64,000 nucleotides of DNA from Octopus sinensis. Lineage: Eukaryota. Under the pieces are notes generated by a model that was given only the letters and a program-made list of their open reading frames with translations, had not been told where the DNA came from and did not search any database. Location of the stretch: contig NC_043000.1 in assembly GCF_006345805.1 (NCBI RefSeq), positions 71,610,001-71,674,000 of the forward strand. Direction: 5' to 3'. This document shows, piece after piece, positions 1 to 13,069 of the stretch (position 1 is its first letter; every line of letters starts with the position of its first letter). Position numbers and translations under genes: made by a program.

Positions 1-353
1 TATTATTATTATTATTATTATTATTATTTTATTTATTTGTTTTTCAGATTAGAAACATTTGTCTCTAAACTGAAGTAATTGTGAAGATGTTATACAGAAT
101 TACAAAACTGTTAATATGAAGGAATACCTCTTACAATACACTTATTTAGCAAGATATGTGGCTGTAGGTAATAGAAAAGGCAGAAAGTACAACAACCTAA
201 TGGACTTAGCTTCTTAATCTGAAACAATTTAAGTGCCCCATAATCGAGAAGCTTTTGGTTAATGTTGTATTGAGCTTTCAATTATGTATTGTCATTTCTT
301 TGTTACACAAATGTCCCTTGCAAAACAATTTATTGTATATCTATCATATATAC

Positions 354-712
354 AGGTGCAGGTGTGGTTGTGAGGCAAGAAGTATGCTTCCCAATCATAT
401 GGTCTCAGGTTCAGTTCCACTGTGTGGCACCTTGGGCAAGTGTCTGCTACTATAGACCTAAGCTGACCAAAACCTTGAATGGATTTGGTTGACAGAAAAT
501 GAAAGAAGCCCATTATATATAAATATACATATATATCTACAAATATATGTGTGTGTGTGTATATATACACACACACAACAGGCTTCTTTCAGTTTCTGTC
601 TGCCAAATCCACTCACAAGACACTAACCCAAGGTGTCATGTCATGGTACTGAACACAAAGCCATGTGGTTAGGAAGCAAACTTCTTACCACACAGTCACA
701 CCAGTGCCTATG
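354..712. mobile_element. Inverted pair of tRNA-derived SINE copies (+ at ~354-512, partial - at ~577-712)
   Basis: Head GGTGCAGG..TGG..GGTTCAGTTCC (A/B-box-like) and body ...GGATTTGG..GACAGAAA.TGAAAGAAGCC, repeated in reverse after a short microsatellite. Confidence 0.75.
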
Positions 713-1351
713 TATCCATCATATATAAATATATATACATGTTTGTATGTATGTTTGTGTGCATGCACATGTGTGTTTTACTGTCTCTTTGCCTTAATTT
801 CATATGATAGCTGTGTAAGTGTATGTCACAGTCATACAAGGAATGTGTCGTTTCTAATCTTCCATGAAAACATGTCAGGACGTAGGGAATATTACCTTAC
901 TAGGAAACGGGAGGCTTGGCAATGAGAGGAGCATCAGGCTGTTGTAAATCTGCCTCAACAAATTACGTCTGGAAAAGTAACTATTAAGCAATGATGATGA
1001 TGGTGATGATGATTGTATAACTTTGTGACGCAAGCTGGAAACAGCACTAATCTCATTTAAGAAACTTAAACTCATGCAGATAAAAATCAAGTCTAAACTC
1101 GAGCAATATGCAACAATTCATGATAGCAATGGCAATGATGATGATGTTGTTTTTGTTGTTGTTGATGGTGGTGGTGTGGTGAAGGTGACAATGATGATGA
1201 TGATGATGATGACACTTATTGTAGAAAAGTACCTTACCAGTGTTGATGAAAGAACAGGATGAAACCCGTAATCAAGGATTCCTTAGGAAAATGCTTGGCC
1301 TAACTAAAGTATCAAGCTTTTATGCTTCCAGGGAGATATGAAAATGTTATA

Positions 1352-1469
1352 GAGTACATGTAGCAAGTGAGTACATGTAGCAAGTGAGTACATGTAGCAA
1401 GTGAGTACATGTAGCAAGTGAGTACATGTAGCAAGTGAGTACATGTAGCAAGTGAGTACATGTAGCAAG
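1352..1469. repeat. 17-bp minisatellite (GAGTACATGTAGCAAGT) x7
   Basis: Directly visible perfect tandem copies. Confidence 0.95.
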
Positions 1470-1759
1470 ATATATGATTGGGCAGTTTGTAGCAGATAGT
1501 CATGAAGATAGGAAGCATTACAACTTGAAGAGTCAAAGCGTTGCTTAGCCTACAGCAGTGAAAAAGACTTTTGGTATTTGTTATATTGAACATGTATTTA
1601 TCATTTACATGTCATGTCAATGTTTCTAGTAAAACTATTTATTGTATATCTTTGTGAATTATTTACCCCTTAACAGTAACAATGCTTTTGTCCAAGCTAC
1701 TGATATATAAATAAGATAATACTTGATAAAAGTGGAAACACAGTGCTAATTTAAATATT

Positions 1760-2420
1760 GATTTCAAATTTTAGCAGAAGGCCAGCAATTTCGGGGCAAT
1801 GGGTAAGTCATTACATTGACCTCTAGTACTCATGTGGTACTTATTTTTATTGACCCTGAAAGGATGAAAGGCAAAGCTGACCTCAGAAGAATTTGAACTC
1901 AAAACGTAAAGACAGACGAAACGCCACTAAGCATTTTGCTCAGCATGTTAACAATTCTGCCAGTTTATTACCTTAAAAAGGGTAATTACTGGCTTCAAAT
2001 TTTGGCACAAGACCACAATTTCATGGAAGGAGCTAAGTCAGTTGCAATCGACTGGTGTTCAGTTGGTGCTTATTTTATCAACCCTGAATAGATAAAGCAA
2101 AGTCAACCTCAGTTGAATTTGAACTCAGAAGATAAAGACAGACAAAATGCCGCTAAGCATTTTGCCTGGTGTGCTAAGGATTCTGCCAGGTTGCCCACCT
2201 TAGTACCAATGTAAATACTGATTTCAGATTTCGGAACAAAGCCAGGAATTTCAAGGGAGGGGCCAAGTCAATTACATCAACCCCAGTGTCCAGTTGGTAC
2301 TTATTTTCTTGACCCCCAAAAAGATGAAAGCAAAGTCGACCTCAGAGGTATTTGAACTCAGAACATAAAGACGGACGAAATGCTACTAAGCATTTTGCCT
2401 GACATGCTAACGATTCTACC
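1760..2420 (-). mobile_element. Three tandem copies of a tRNA-derived SINE with a MetaSINE-like central domain
   Basis: Three ~200-bp units, each with the reverse complement of GAGTTCAAAT..GAGGT.GACTTTGCCTTTCATCCTTT..GGGTC.ATAAAATAAGTACCA. The same family occurs at ~7388-7605, 19050-19262, 26475-26625, 27126-27335 and 60195-60590. Confidence 0.8.
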
Positions 2421-2717
2421 AATGTAAATATTAAAAAAATGTTTTATCTCTCTGGTAAAGTTCATATTCTAAAGAATATTCTTATTTTCGTATATCCATT
2501 GGATTGTTACCCCAGGAAAGAAACAATAGCCATTTCTACATACTGTTGCTACAACTTACCAAAATTTCTCAACTCAGGTTATAAAGAATCTTATTTGTGA
2601 GTGGGAAGATTTTTCGTTTATTTAGTATCGTGCAGTGGGTCAACAAGTAGGGTAGGTAACTCTTCTTGCTCCAATTTGCCAGAGTGGTAGATATGGCATT
2701 ATTAAATTATAAAACAA

Positions 2718-3103
2718 CTAGCAGTATCATCCGGCATTGCTCGGGTTTGTAAGGGAAATAACTATATAAGCATTTTTAGAGATGTAAAGTATAATAGCCA
2801 TCTCAATATGGCTAACCACAAAGGGGGGGGGGCTACTGTAGCTTTTTACGTTCTGAGATTTAATAATAATTTTTTAGAGAGTTACTTCCCTTATATATGC
2901 CAAAAATGCATTAAAAATGGGAAAAATTGATGGTAAATTTTTTTTTAAATCGTAGACTCATGCTAATACCCAGAAGGGCTCGATATGAATCACGACTATA
3001 GGATACCTGGTTTTGGTTAAACTGCACCGCAAAATGTGGGAGTAGTTAGGAATCTAAATCATAGGAGACAGACAGCACACAACCTCACTTTTATATATAA
3101 AGA
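2718..3103 (-). mobile_element. Non-autonomous Helitron
   Basis: On the minus strand it begins A|TC and ends CCCGAGCAATGCCGGA hairpin + CTAG|T. Same family as 18197-18547 and 47770-48163. Confidence 0.8.
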
Positions 3104-3569
3104 TTATACGAACATACTACCGAGATATGGCTATGATGCAGTCATTCGACCTGTTAAAAACAGTAGACAAATCTCATCCAACTCACACCCTACAGCCATT
3201 TGCTTATTTATTTATTATCAGAGCAAGAGATTTTAAAGCGAGATGCTCTTTTAATCACTAATCGCTCACTTTCAACAATGAACTGAGAGCAGCAGTTGCT
3301 GGTCAGTCAGGCAGACTAAATCAAACAACACAGTTCCTAGAAAACTCTCTAGGTCATTCTTTATCTACGAGTTAAAAACTTTAAATTATATACCATTTTT
3401 TAAATTTCGCATCTGTGTTGGAGAATATGGTCATAATAGCAGTTCAGTATCCCATATATTAATGGACTCCTGTTGCTATTTTAGATCAGTGTTACAATCT
3501 AGCTTGGGTTTCCGTTTTTTCTTCTTTTATGCTTTCATTATTGTAATAGCTGCTATGTTTTTGCTTTGA

Positions 3570-3779
3570 CCCTTTAGCATTCAGATCATTTTGTTAAATG
3601 ATTATTTATTCATATTGTTTTGGATTAATAATGCACTATCTTGTCACTTCAAAATTTTGATGATTGTTTATTTTTAGAATGATATTGTAGGATAGGTGTG
3701 AGAGGCTAGATCTGGCCAGTTTGATCATAAAATGGGTAGAATATGTGGGCCAGGAATGGTCAGTTTAAATGCTAAAAGG
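3570..3779. mobile_element. piggyBac-like MITE (degenerate)
   Basis: TIRs CCCTTTAGCATT / AATGCTAAAAGG flanked by TTGA / TTAA. Confidence 0.55.
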
Positions 3780-5395
3780 TTAAACATGCATACTGCAGTG
3801 AATATTACACACCATCTAGAAACTTTGGAAATATTAGTAGAACGTAATTTAAATGAGAGGGGGCGAGATAGTACTTGTAAGAAGTCATTTGGAATGGAAT
3901 AACACGAAGGGCCTGAAAACAGAACAGACAAGAAGCCGAGTTGGCAATGGCGATATAGATAAAGATAGTAGAGAAACGGGATTAGGTTTACGATCAGCGC
4001 TTAAAAAATATGAATGAATAACAGGTTAAAAAGTGAAGAACGCTTATCTGGGCATATTTCTGAGATCCGTGTTGTCATCAAGTAGCTCGAGAAATGGGAC
4101 GAAATAAAATCGTACACTGGTTTATAAGGAGTTAGGGATTGGGGTGGGGTGGGGGGTGGGTAAAACATAATTTAAATGAGAGGTAGCGGGGATAGTACTT
4201 TGTAAGGAATCCTGAGGGTGGCCTTGAAAGCAAAGAGGGAATCGAGAGGACAGGAAGCCATGCTGACAATGGCGATAAGATAATAGAGAAACGGGATTTG
4301 GTTTATGACCAACGCTTAAAATATGGGGTTGAAATGAAGGAGCAGCGAGAATGAATATAAATCGTAGGGAATATTACACACCATCTAGCGAGAATGAATA
4401 TAAATCGTAGTGAATATTACACACCATCTAGAAACTTTGGAAATATTACTAGAACGTAATTTAAATGAGAGGAAGTCTACTGTCCCCAATCAAAATCTCG
4501 CAGCCCGCCATTCGCTAACCTGCGTGTTCTTTCCTCCTCAAAATTCTTAAATTTTTTTAAAATGCCTCGGTATGAAGATATTTCGTTCGTCCAACCCACT
4601 TCCGGTGAACCTATATAAATAATCACCTCGTGTGCTTCTCTTTCATTCACCCTTTCTTGACCACACAGCGATGATCATAGCAAGCAAGCTAAGAATTCTC
4701 ATTTAATTTCTTCCGACTCTTGTACTACACACATACATTTGCCGCTAACCCTTAAATGTTCGAATATATTCACTAATTCTGCTTGTTCTTAAAATATAAC
4801 CCTTTAATTTGTTTAACCCCTCGGTACCAAGTTAATTTGTTCGTTACTCTGTTCATTTCTTCAAACCCCGATTGTTTTAAGTCTACTGTCCCCAATCAAA
4901 ATCTTCGCAGCCCGCCATTCGTTTGCGGTTCACCCGCCCTCCCACCCCCACCACCCGTACCGGAGAACACTGTTTACACCATCCTCACCGGATATCCCCT
5001 CTACCACCGCCACCACTACGTGTGTCTGTTCCTCCTACCCCTCCTCCTCAATATACTTTCTCACTATGTATTTTACCCCTGCCTCTCTCCCCCTGGACAG
5101 AAGCAGCTAGCGCTGCAGCTCATCAAACGTCCCACTTAACCTGTTATCTTATGTTCCTCCTGTTTTGAAATGTGTCACTGCCTCAACCGGCTATCTTCTT
5201 CCAGCCCCCTCCCCCACTCGTGATATCCTACGTTTTAGTTCCTACTTTTCATTCTGTCTAGAACCTGCCACCAACCCTACCTGTCATCGTTTCTCTTTAC
5301 CCAAACCTTCCCCACTGGTGCTCCCCTATATTACATGCACCCCCCACTCTCTCTCCCTCTCTCCTCTCTGCCGGAACCCTCCCCCCTGCCGCAAT

Positions 5396-5622
5396 GCAAC
5401 GTAAAAAGGCAATAACCGATCGTGGCCGATGCCAGACCCCTCTGGCACCTGTGCAGGTGGCACGTAAAAAGCACCCACTACACTCGCGGAGTGGTTGGTG
5501 TTAGGAAGGGCATCCAGCTGCAGAAACACTGCCAGATCAGACTGGAGCCTGGGGCAGTCCCTGCTCCCCAGACCCCGGTCAAACCGTCCAACCCGTGCTA
5601 GCACGGAAAACGGACGTTAAAC

Positions 5623-5652
<30 letters not shown>
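5396..5652 (+). mobile_element. RTE-3'UTR-derived short retroelement with (GAT)n tail
   Basis: GGCACGTAAAAAGCACCCACTACAC...GGAAGGGCATCCAGCTG...GGACGTTAAACGATGATGAT. The same tail follows RTE ORF ends at 13430 and 63260. Confidence 0.8.
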
Positions 5653-5653
<1 letters not shown>

Positions 5654-6219
5654 CCCACTTTCACACATATCCATATCATCTTCAATGAAAATGATTGTTT
5701 TCATAGATGTCTCTTAATTGAAATGCGGTATAGAGGTGTCACTTAATTACTAAAACTCGTTCTCTTCATTCTCATACAATCTGGATTGCACCACCACTAA
5801 GAAATATATACAACAATGTTTCAGTATTTAGTAATAAAATAATAAAAAATAAAAATATTATAATAAAATTATAAAGAATAATAAAAATAGAAATATAATA
5901 AAATTAAAAAATTAAAATATAATAAAATTATAAAATAATAAAAAAATAAAAATGTGTAGTGCAAGATATTTTACAGTACACATATTTTTCACTTCACTGC
6001 CATAAAGAATAAGATAATGAATTCACAAATGAAGAAATAATTTGATGATTCGTTCTGTCATCTTGCTTTTTTCTTCTAATTTTGTTTAAGAACTTTTTTT
6101 TTCATTCAAAAGAAAATTATATATTGAAATTTTTCAGAAAGATCATGGTAAAAGGAAAATATCATCATGTGCAGAAATAATTATAGAAATAAGTTTATTA
6201 GTGATAGAGTTACATTTAC

Positions 6220-6385
6220 CTTCCTAAGTTCATCAGATATAGCAAAATTTTCATAATACTCATCAAAACATTTGTATAATCTTCCACTCTCATAGATAAC
6301 TCCATTCTCTTTCAATCGATCAAAAAATTCCATAGAAAGGAGAGTACAGGGTACAATCTCTATGTCAACTTTGGATGCCTTTGGC
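6220..6385 (-). CDS. CFAP300: CFAP300 coding exon 4 (1-nt phase mismatch with exon 3, see findings)
   Basis: tacag acceptor and GTAAAT donor, 166 nt. PKASKVDIEIVPCTLLSMEFFDRLKENGVIYESGRLYKCFDEYYENFAISDELRK matches the conserved VPCT.LSM.FF.RL...IV..SG...KC.D......ISDELR block. Downstream exons were not found in the window. Confidence 0.92.
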
Positions 6386-6657
6386 CTGTAATAATATAAA
6401 ACAAGTTTTATAATTATGGATAAATATTTCATTCCTTCAAATTTAATGAATGTTTACACCAACAGTAATAATCATTAATGATTATAAGTATGAATTTGAA
6501 ACCAAAACAGATATCCTTTACATTAAAATCCTAGCTGTTAGTTTATACATAATAATGATTTCCAACATAGAAATCAACATCTAAAAATTATTTCTAATAT
6601 TTTGTCAGAATAATGGACACAATTAAAATGTGTATTTTATATTTGCAATATTTAAGA

Positions 6658-7380
6658 CTAGTACTATGACCCGGTGCTGTTGGGTCTAGTGCTAGTCAAG
6701 CATATTTGGTCTTTCATGAAAATCCCACTCTCTTGTCATTCACTTGGTCTAACTCATTAATTATTTCCTGCATTTCTCAAATCAAAAAAGCGTGCACATT
6801 TGAAAGCCAAAACACATGATAACGCGTCTTCACAAAACACAAAAATGCACAGTCATACAGACTGTCTGCAAATGCGCATGCGCATCCAACTGTCAGGTGT
6901 AAAATTATCTCCGTCCAATCAAAAAACAAACATTTTGCCATTTATAGATATAGAGATTTTAAGCAAACATTCAGAAATTCTCTGGGAAACTGGAAAATCC
7001 AGAAATCCAGGACAGTTTCAGTCCTAAATTGAATAAATTGGTCTGGTATAGTATTGAGGTGTGATACATAACAAAGGGAGGGAAATGCAAAGTTTTAAAG
7101 AGTTATTTCCCTTGCTATGGTTTTATATCTTTAGATTAAACTCCTGGATTAAGTGAGTTACGTCCCTTGTATTAAAGACTTTTGTTACATGAAACATAAG
7201 GGGTCGGTTTATCGATTTTTTTAAATGGCTTTCAGGGGTAACTGGGAAATGAAAAGATCTTCACAACCACCCTTGGACGGTTTTGAATGACCATAGAAAG
7301 TGCAAGCCCTCTAACTGAAAAATTGTGGATTTGTATAAAGGACACACACACAGACATTTTGACGTTTATATATAGAGAGA
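6658..7380 (-). mobile_element. Composite non-autonomous Helitron-like element(s)
   Basis: CTAG 3' end with a GACCC..GGGTC hairpin at 6658-6690, and two TC(TC)TAT-type 5' ends near 6955 and 7380. Confidence 0.55.
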
Positions 7381-9945
7381 TTATTTTAGGTGGTGAGCTG
7401 GCAGAATCATTACCTTGCCAGGCAAAATGCTTAGCAGTATTTCATATGTTTTTACATTCCAAGTTCAAATTCCACCAAGGTCGGCTTCACTTTTCATTCT
7501 TTTGGAATTAATAAAGTAAGTTAACAGTTGAGCACTGGGATCAATGTAATCAACTTACTCACTTCCTCAAAATTGCTGGCCTTGTGCCAAAATTTGAAAT
7601 CAATATTTAAGTTTCTTTTCATTTTATAGTAAGAAAAATTATCTATAAGCTAGAAAAATGACTTTTATTCATTATATGATAAATAATTTAATGGCATTTG
7701 AAGAAATCAATGTTGTGACTTCTGCAGCATGGATTCAAACTTGCATTGCCATATTACGAATTTCAAGTCATGACTTAACAATGGTTTGGTCATTTGTGCA
7801 ACTAAGTTACTGTGCAGTCAGCAGCTGGTGTTCATGTGATAGTTTCTCCAGATCGCCTGGAAGCTTCTACAAACACAGCCTATAAATAGAGTCCTTTTCA
7901 CACCAGTTTCGGTATATTTTTGGGAGCAATATGAAATGCAGATTCTGCTGTAGTCATTCTAGTGACTACATATTAACAGATATGTGATGATAGTAGAAGA
8001 CAATGAAACACTAATGTATATATGGTCCAATGTTAATTCAGTCTTCGTGCCTAGCTTTGATATCCATTTTACATGTTGAAAGTGCTCCATCTTGCTTACT
8101 CTACATGTAGATTTGTAATGCATAAACATCTTTTCACAACCAGTATGACATCACAAATCATGTTTAAATGTTTGCTTTGTGTAGTTTAGTTATTATATGT
8201 AGCTTTTCCATGAACTAACCACAACTCATTCCAGTGACATTGGTACAACAGGAAACACTTCCAGAGGGTAATTTCAGTTAATATTAAGAAATATGGAAAA
8301 AAATAATGTATTTGAATTTGACATTAACTATGTTTAGCATGTCAATTCTCAAGATAAACTATTTGCCCATGGCTTCCAGTCAGTCTCTTGGAGAAGATTT
8401 TTGTTTTGTCAGCTATCACAGCTTTTAGCACTCATCTTGACTCACAATTTTCCTGTACCCCAAAATGTTATTTTAAACCATCCCCACCATACATACACTC
8501 TACATCTTATATGTCAATCAACTACATACCATCACCTCTAGCGATGTCCACTTATATGCAGCTGATACTATCCTTCATCCCATTCTAGCATTCATCCATA
8601 TGAAAATAACTTTATGAAGAGAGACCTCAAAAATGTTCGCTATTGTGGATAGGAAAATCTTATCTTCTTTAACAGTAAAAAGACAATCACTACACATATT
8701 AAGCAAAAATATTATATTTCACTCCAACCTAAACATAACAACAAGTCACTACAAATGCTAGATCACAAGAGCACTAATGATCTCTTCTGGAAATGTCATA
8801 CTGTCAACTAGCAAAGAGTACATCAGAAAATAACTGGCCTTCCTCTACAGGATCAGAAAATATATCAGTTTCTTAACAATTTCCAACATTATACAAACTA
8901 AAGTGAAACCCACAAAGGAACTGTAAGATATTTTAAGCTACTTCCCAAAAGAACCACTTGAGACTTGCAGATCATCACTGCTAATGCACAGACAGGCTGT
9001 CACTTCACACGGCCTTTTATTCTACAATTACAGTGGCCTCTTTCTCTTGGAGTTAGTCACTCTAGTGCCACCTCATCAGAGGCCCTGCTGACTCTTTCAT
9101 CATGTATATTGTATCAACACTTTCACGCACTGCAGTAATCACTACAGTGATTAGTTCTTCCTCCTCAGAACATCAGTTCCCCTCCCTTCCTGCTCATGGT
9201 TTTCTGGTAGCCATCGGGTTACAGCTGTTCAAGAGAAACATCAACCATATCAAACTCACCAATTAAAAGGTTCTGTGAAGGCCATGGGCACACCCACTCT
9301 TCTAGGCCAAATAATTAAAAATAAATAAATAAAACTTGTGAGAAGTGATCATAATTATTATCATTTTATGTTTGCTTTACATTCTGATATGAATTGGACA
9401 GTTGCCACTCTCTGAGTTCATATTTGGAATTACTCCTTCCTACATAGGTTGGAGGATACGTCTTGCTCATATACTCCATTTTTGATTTGTTTTTTTTTTA
9501 GTTGAATGCTATTACTAACACCACCATCTTAACAGAATGTACCGGGTGAATTTTATTATGGCACCAACACTAGAGTCATGTCCTCAACAAAATAAGACTA
9601 AACTTTTCTCTGCTTTACAACATGTAATGTGTACATTTTATAATGACACCAGCTCAATGTTGTTCCAAACAATGTGACCAATAGAGAAATAGAAAAGAAG
9701 GCAATAATAGATGAATAAGAGTAAGATGGAGAATATATAGTGCATATTCGCAAAACTATTCAATATGTTCCTATTAACATTCTATCTCAAACTGGTGTAT
9801 ATGTATTTTAGTAATCTTAGAGGTATGAAAGGTCATGTTTAGTGACTTTTCATGCTTCTAGTCATACAATCAGTAAAGTGTCTTTTGGTATGATAAATAA
9901 AGAAAAAAATTAATTACATCACCAAAATAGCAAAATAAAACATAC

Positions 9946-10015
9946 CAAGTCTGCTCCAGCCATTAGCTGAGCAAATTTCCAAGTTGCTAATTATTGTTGG
10001 ATTATTAAAAAAGCT
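9946..10015 (-). CDS. CFAP300: CFAP300 coding exon 3
   Basis: Pyrimidine tract + ttcag acceptor and GTATGT donor, 70 nt. SFFNNPTIISNLEICSANGWSRL-G matches .FF.DP.VI.NL.L.S..G.W..LG. Confidence 0.85.
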
Positions 10016-10867
10016 CTGAAATAAATAAAAAATGTATATAGAAGTTATACTATCATTTTATTCTTGGTTAAAGTGAGACTCTCACAAAAACTAGATGACA
10101 AATAATTCAACCTTGAATATATTGACCGTCAGATGGCAGTTGACATAATTTTACACTTGAAAAGCTGTTTAGCAAAAAAGAAATCTATGTATCAATGAAT
10201 GGTTTGTCATAGTCTTCTTTTTCTTTTTATGTCTTCAGTTCTATTAAAGACATTCAAGAATTATGTTATTGAGGAAATAATTATTTAAATGATCTTGAAA
10301 ATGTTATCCTTTACAAGCTTCTTTGCACAGTTTTTTTTTTTGATTTTCAAAGAAGTAACTACAGAGGTTTGAATGCACTTGAGTCAAAAGACATTAAAAA
10401 CATTCTGGATAACGATCCAAAGAATTCATAAATTTCAGCTTTTTATTGTTGTTGGAAGTATGAGTGAGTGTATGTGAAGTTTTCAAAAGTATTTGATCAC
10501 TCATCATTGGCCATGTCTGTAGCATATCCATTGCATTGATAACAATACTAATGCATTTACTCACAAACTCTTACATAATGATGTGGCCATTACTAATACT
10601 TTAGTGGCATGTGCTACTTTGCAAACATCTGTTGGAAACTAGTAGTGACTAAACTAGAAGGAATAGATGGCTACAAAAAAGAGATGTTAACCTCAACAAA
10701 CTAGATAGGCATGAAATATTTACAACTCTGACATCAACAAACAACATCAGTATACATCACTTCAATTGCACACAACCACAATAAGAAACCTTTTGGATAT
10801 TTCTGAAAGGTGCAGTAAATCCTGTTATTAAGTGGGTCTAGATATTAGAGGAAGGAAATGGGTAGAA

Positions 10868-11627
10868 TATAAGGAGGTGCTGAAAAGTTCCTGGCTTTGG
10901 GTAAAAGAAGATACAAGAGGATCAGTTAATTATGATTTTATTCAACTGCAAAGACCTGTTGAGGCAAGTGAAATCAAAATCAAAATCAAAATCAATTCGA
11001 TGACCGGCATCTGGCTAGTGGGGTGCAAAGAGCATAACAAGAATGTGATCGTTGACAGAGCGGCTATTCGAGTATGATCGTTACCAGCGTTGCCTTACTG
11101 GCACTTATGCCTGTGCTAGTAGGGTGCCAAGAGCACCATCCGAGCGTGATCGTTGCCAGAGTAGCCAACTGGCCTCCGTACCCGTGGCACGTAAAAGGGC
11201 ACCATTCGAGTGTGAGCGTTACCAATGTCGCTTCACTGGCACCTGTGCCGGTGGCATGTGTAAAAAGATTCGAGCGAACGCATTGCCAGTACCGCCTGAC
11301 TGGCCCCGTGCCGGTGGCACGTAAAAAGCACCCACTACACTCTCGGAGTGGTTGGCATTAGGAAGGGCATCCAGCTATAGAAACTCTGCCAGATCAAGAC
11401 TGGAGCCTGGTGCAGCCATCTGGTTTGCCAGCCCTCAGTCAAAATCGTCCAACCCATGCTAGCATGGAAAGCGGATGTTAAACGATGATGATGATGACTT
11501 CCCTCTCAGATTCACAGTGGTCCTTCAGTTTTTCTAAACCCTGTAAAAGAATTCAGAATGTTGGGCCTCCAACCAAGCCAATTGAGATATCCTTGAGATA
11601 TCCAGGAACTTTGAAGCACCACCCATA
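10868..11627. mobile_element. Mariner-type MITE with a nested RTE-tail element (~10948-11497)
   Basis: TIR-like ends TA..GGAGGTGCTGAAAAGTTCCTGG and CCAGGAACTTTGAAGCACCACCCA-TA. The interior is interrupted by a (GAT)n-tailed insert. Confidence 0.7.
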
Positions 11628-11777
11628 CAAGTAATTGAAGCTGTAAGACTGAGGCAGAATAGGTATAATAAGAGATGAAGATTAATGATAATACTTATGA
11701 TAAATACCATGATTATACTATTCAACAATATCGAAAAAGTGTTTTATAGTTAAGAAATAGATAAAACTAATACATAC

Positions 11778-11859
11778 ATTAATCAGAGTCTTGTACTGAT
11801 AAGATTGAAATGCTTGATCAAAAGAAAATAGTTGAATTTTCAAAGTATCCTTCATACCC
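11778..11859 (-). CDS. CFAP300: CFAP300 coding exon 2
   Basis: cacag acceptor and GTATGT donor, 82 nt. (W)GMKDTLKIQLFSFDQAFQSYQYKTLIN matches WSM.G.IK.Q.F.FDQ.FQSY of CFAP300. Phase fits exon 1. Confidence 0.9.
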
Positions 11860-13069
11860 CTGTGTATATAAAAAGGAAGGTAAAAAAGTAAAAAAGGCAT
11901 CAAAGTTGACCATAATTAAATGTAATTAATTATTTACCATGTCTCTGAGTCCCGGTCATAAAACCAGGAAAGCTCTCTTTAGTGATGCTGTAGCTGTAAT
12001 AAAATTCTCCTGGAGTTGGAGTCTTCTCTAAGTAACTGGGATACATTCTTCCTTCATGGAAAGGATATGAGTCTACTGTAAGTCTATTGGAATGATTTCA
12101 TAATTAATAAAGTAATTATTAGTTGTGGTTTTGCATCTTACATAGAAAAGCGCTGTTGCTTTTTGGGTCCTATTTCCAATTAAGCAGACTTAACTGTTGA
12201 AAATTAAGAGGCTTTACCAGTAGCAGTTGTATGTTTGATATTGTTAATATTAAAGCCAAGATGTCTGTAGTGGGGCTGCATGCCCAACATCCCCACTGGA
12301 AATTATTAACTGGATAAAAATATTTATTTAAACTGCAAAGGAGACATTATATTATATTACAATTTTTCTACCCTGTATATCATATTGTTTTCAAATTGAA
12401 GCACAAGTAATTTCAGGGGAGGGGGTAAGTCAATTATATCGATCTTAGTTTTCTACTGGTATTTATTTTATCACCCACAAAAGGATGAAAGGCAAAGTCA
12501 ACCTCAGCAGAATTCTCAAATTTCAATGGGTAATTCGGGACAAACTGAAACAGTGATTTGCTGAACACAAATTCAAACCTACCCTTGTAACATTTTAAAC
12601 TTTTTTATTTTTTGTCCCAGATAACCCCATTATATTCTTTTCAAGTTTGTCCTAAATTACCCTATTTTGTTTATCTAATTTTATTTGTTCCTAATTAATT
12701 ACCTGCACCTTCTTTTTTTAAGTTAATCCTAAATAATTATTTTGTTTATCCAAAAAATACCTAATATCAAATGATCATTTTTCTAGTTTGTCCTCAGTTT
12801 TCTCATTTTGTTTATCTGAATGATGTTCTATTTTGTTTTGTTCCTAACTAATTATAATTCTTTTTTTTATTTAACCCAAATTTAGCCCTTGGAATTTGAG
12901 AACTTCAGGGCAGGTTGGTGGATTGAAAGGTGCAGCTGTGAGATAAGAAGCATGCTTCCCAACTACATAGTTCCTGGTTCAGTTTTCTACAATAAATTTA
13001 GGCCGACCAAAGCCTTGTGAGTCTATTTAGTAGATGGAAATTGAAAGAAGCCTGTTATATGTATGCATA

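Noticed and set aside
1238-1300. Possible further CFAP300 exon (ag...GTAAGG on minus)
   Set aside because: The translation does not resemble the expected next CFAP300 segment (..LF.HL.LGG..CQYED..).
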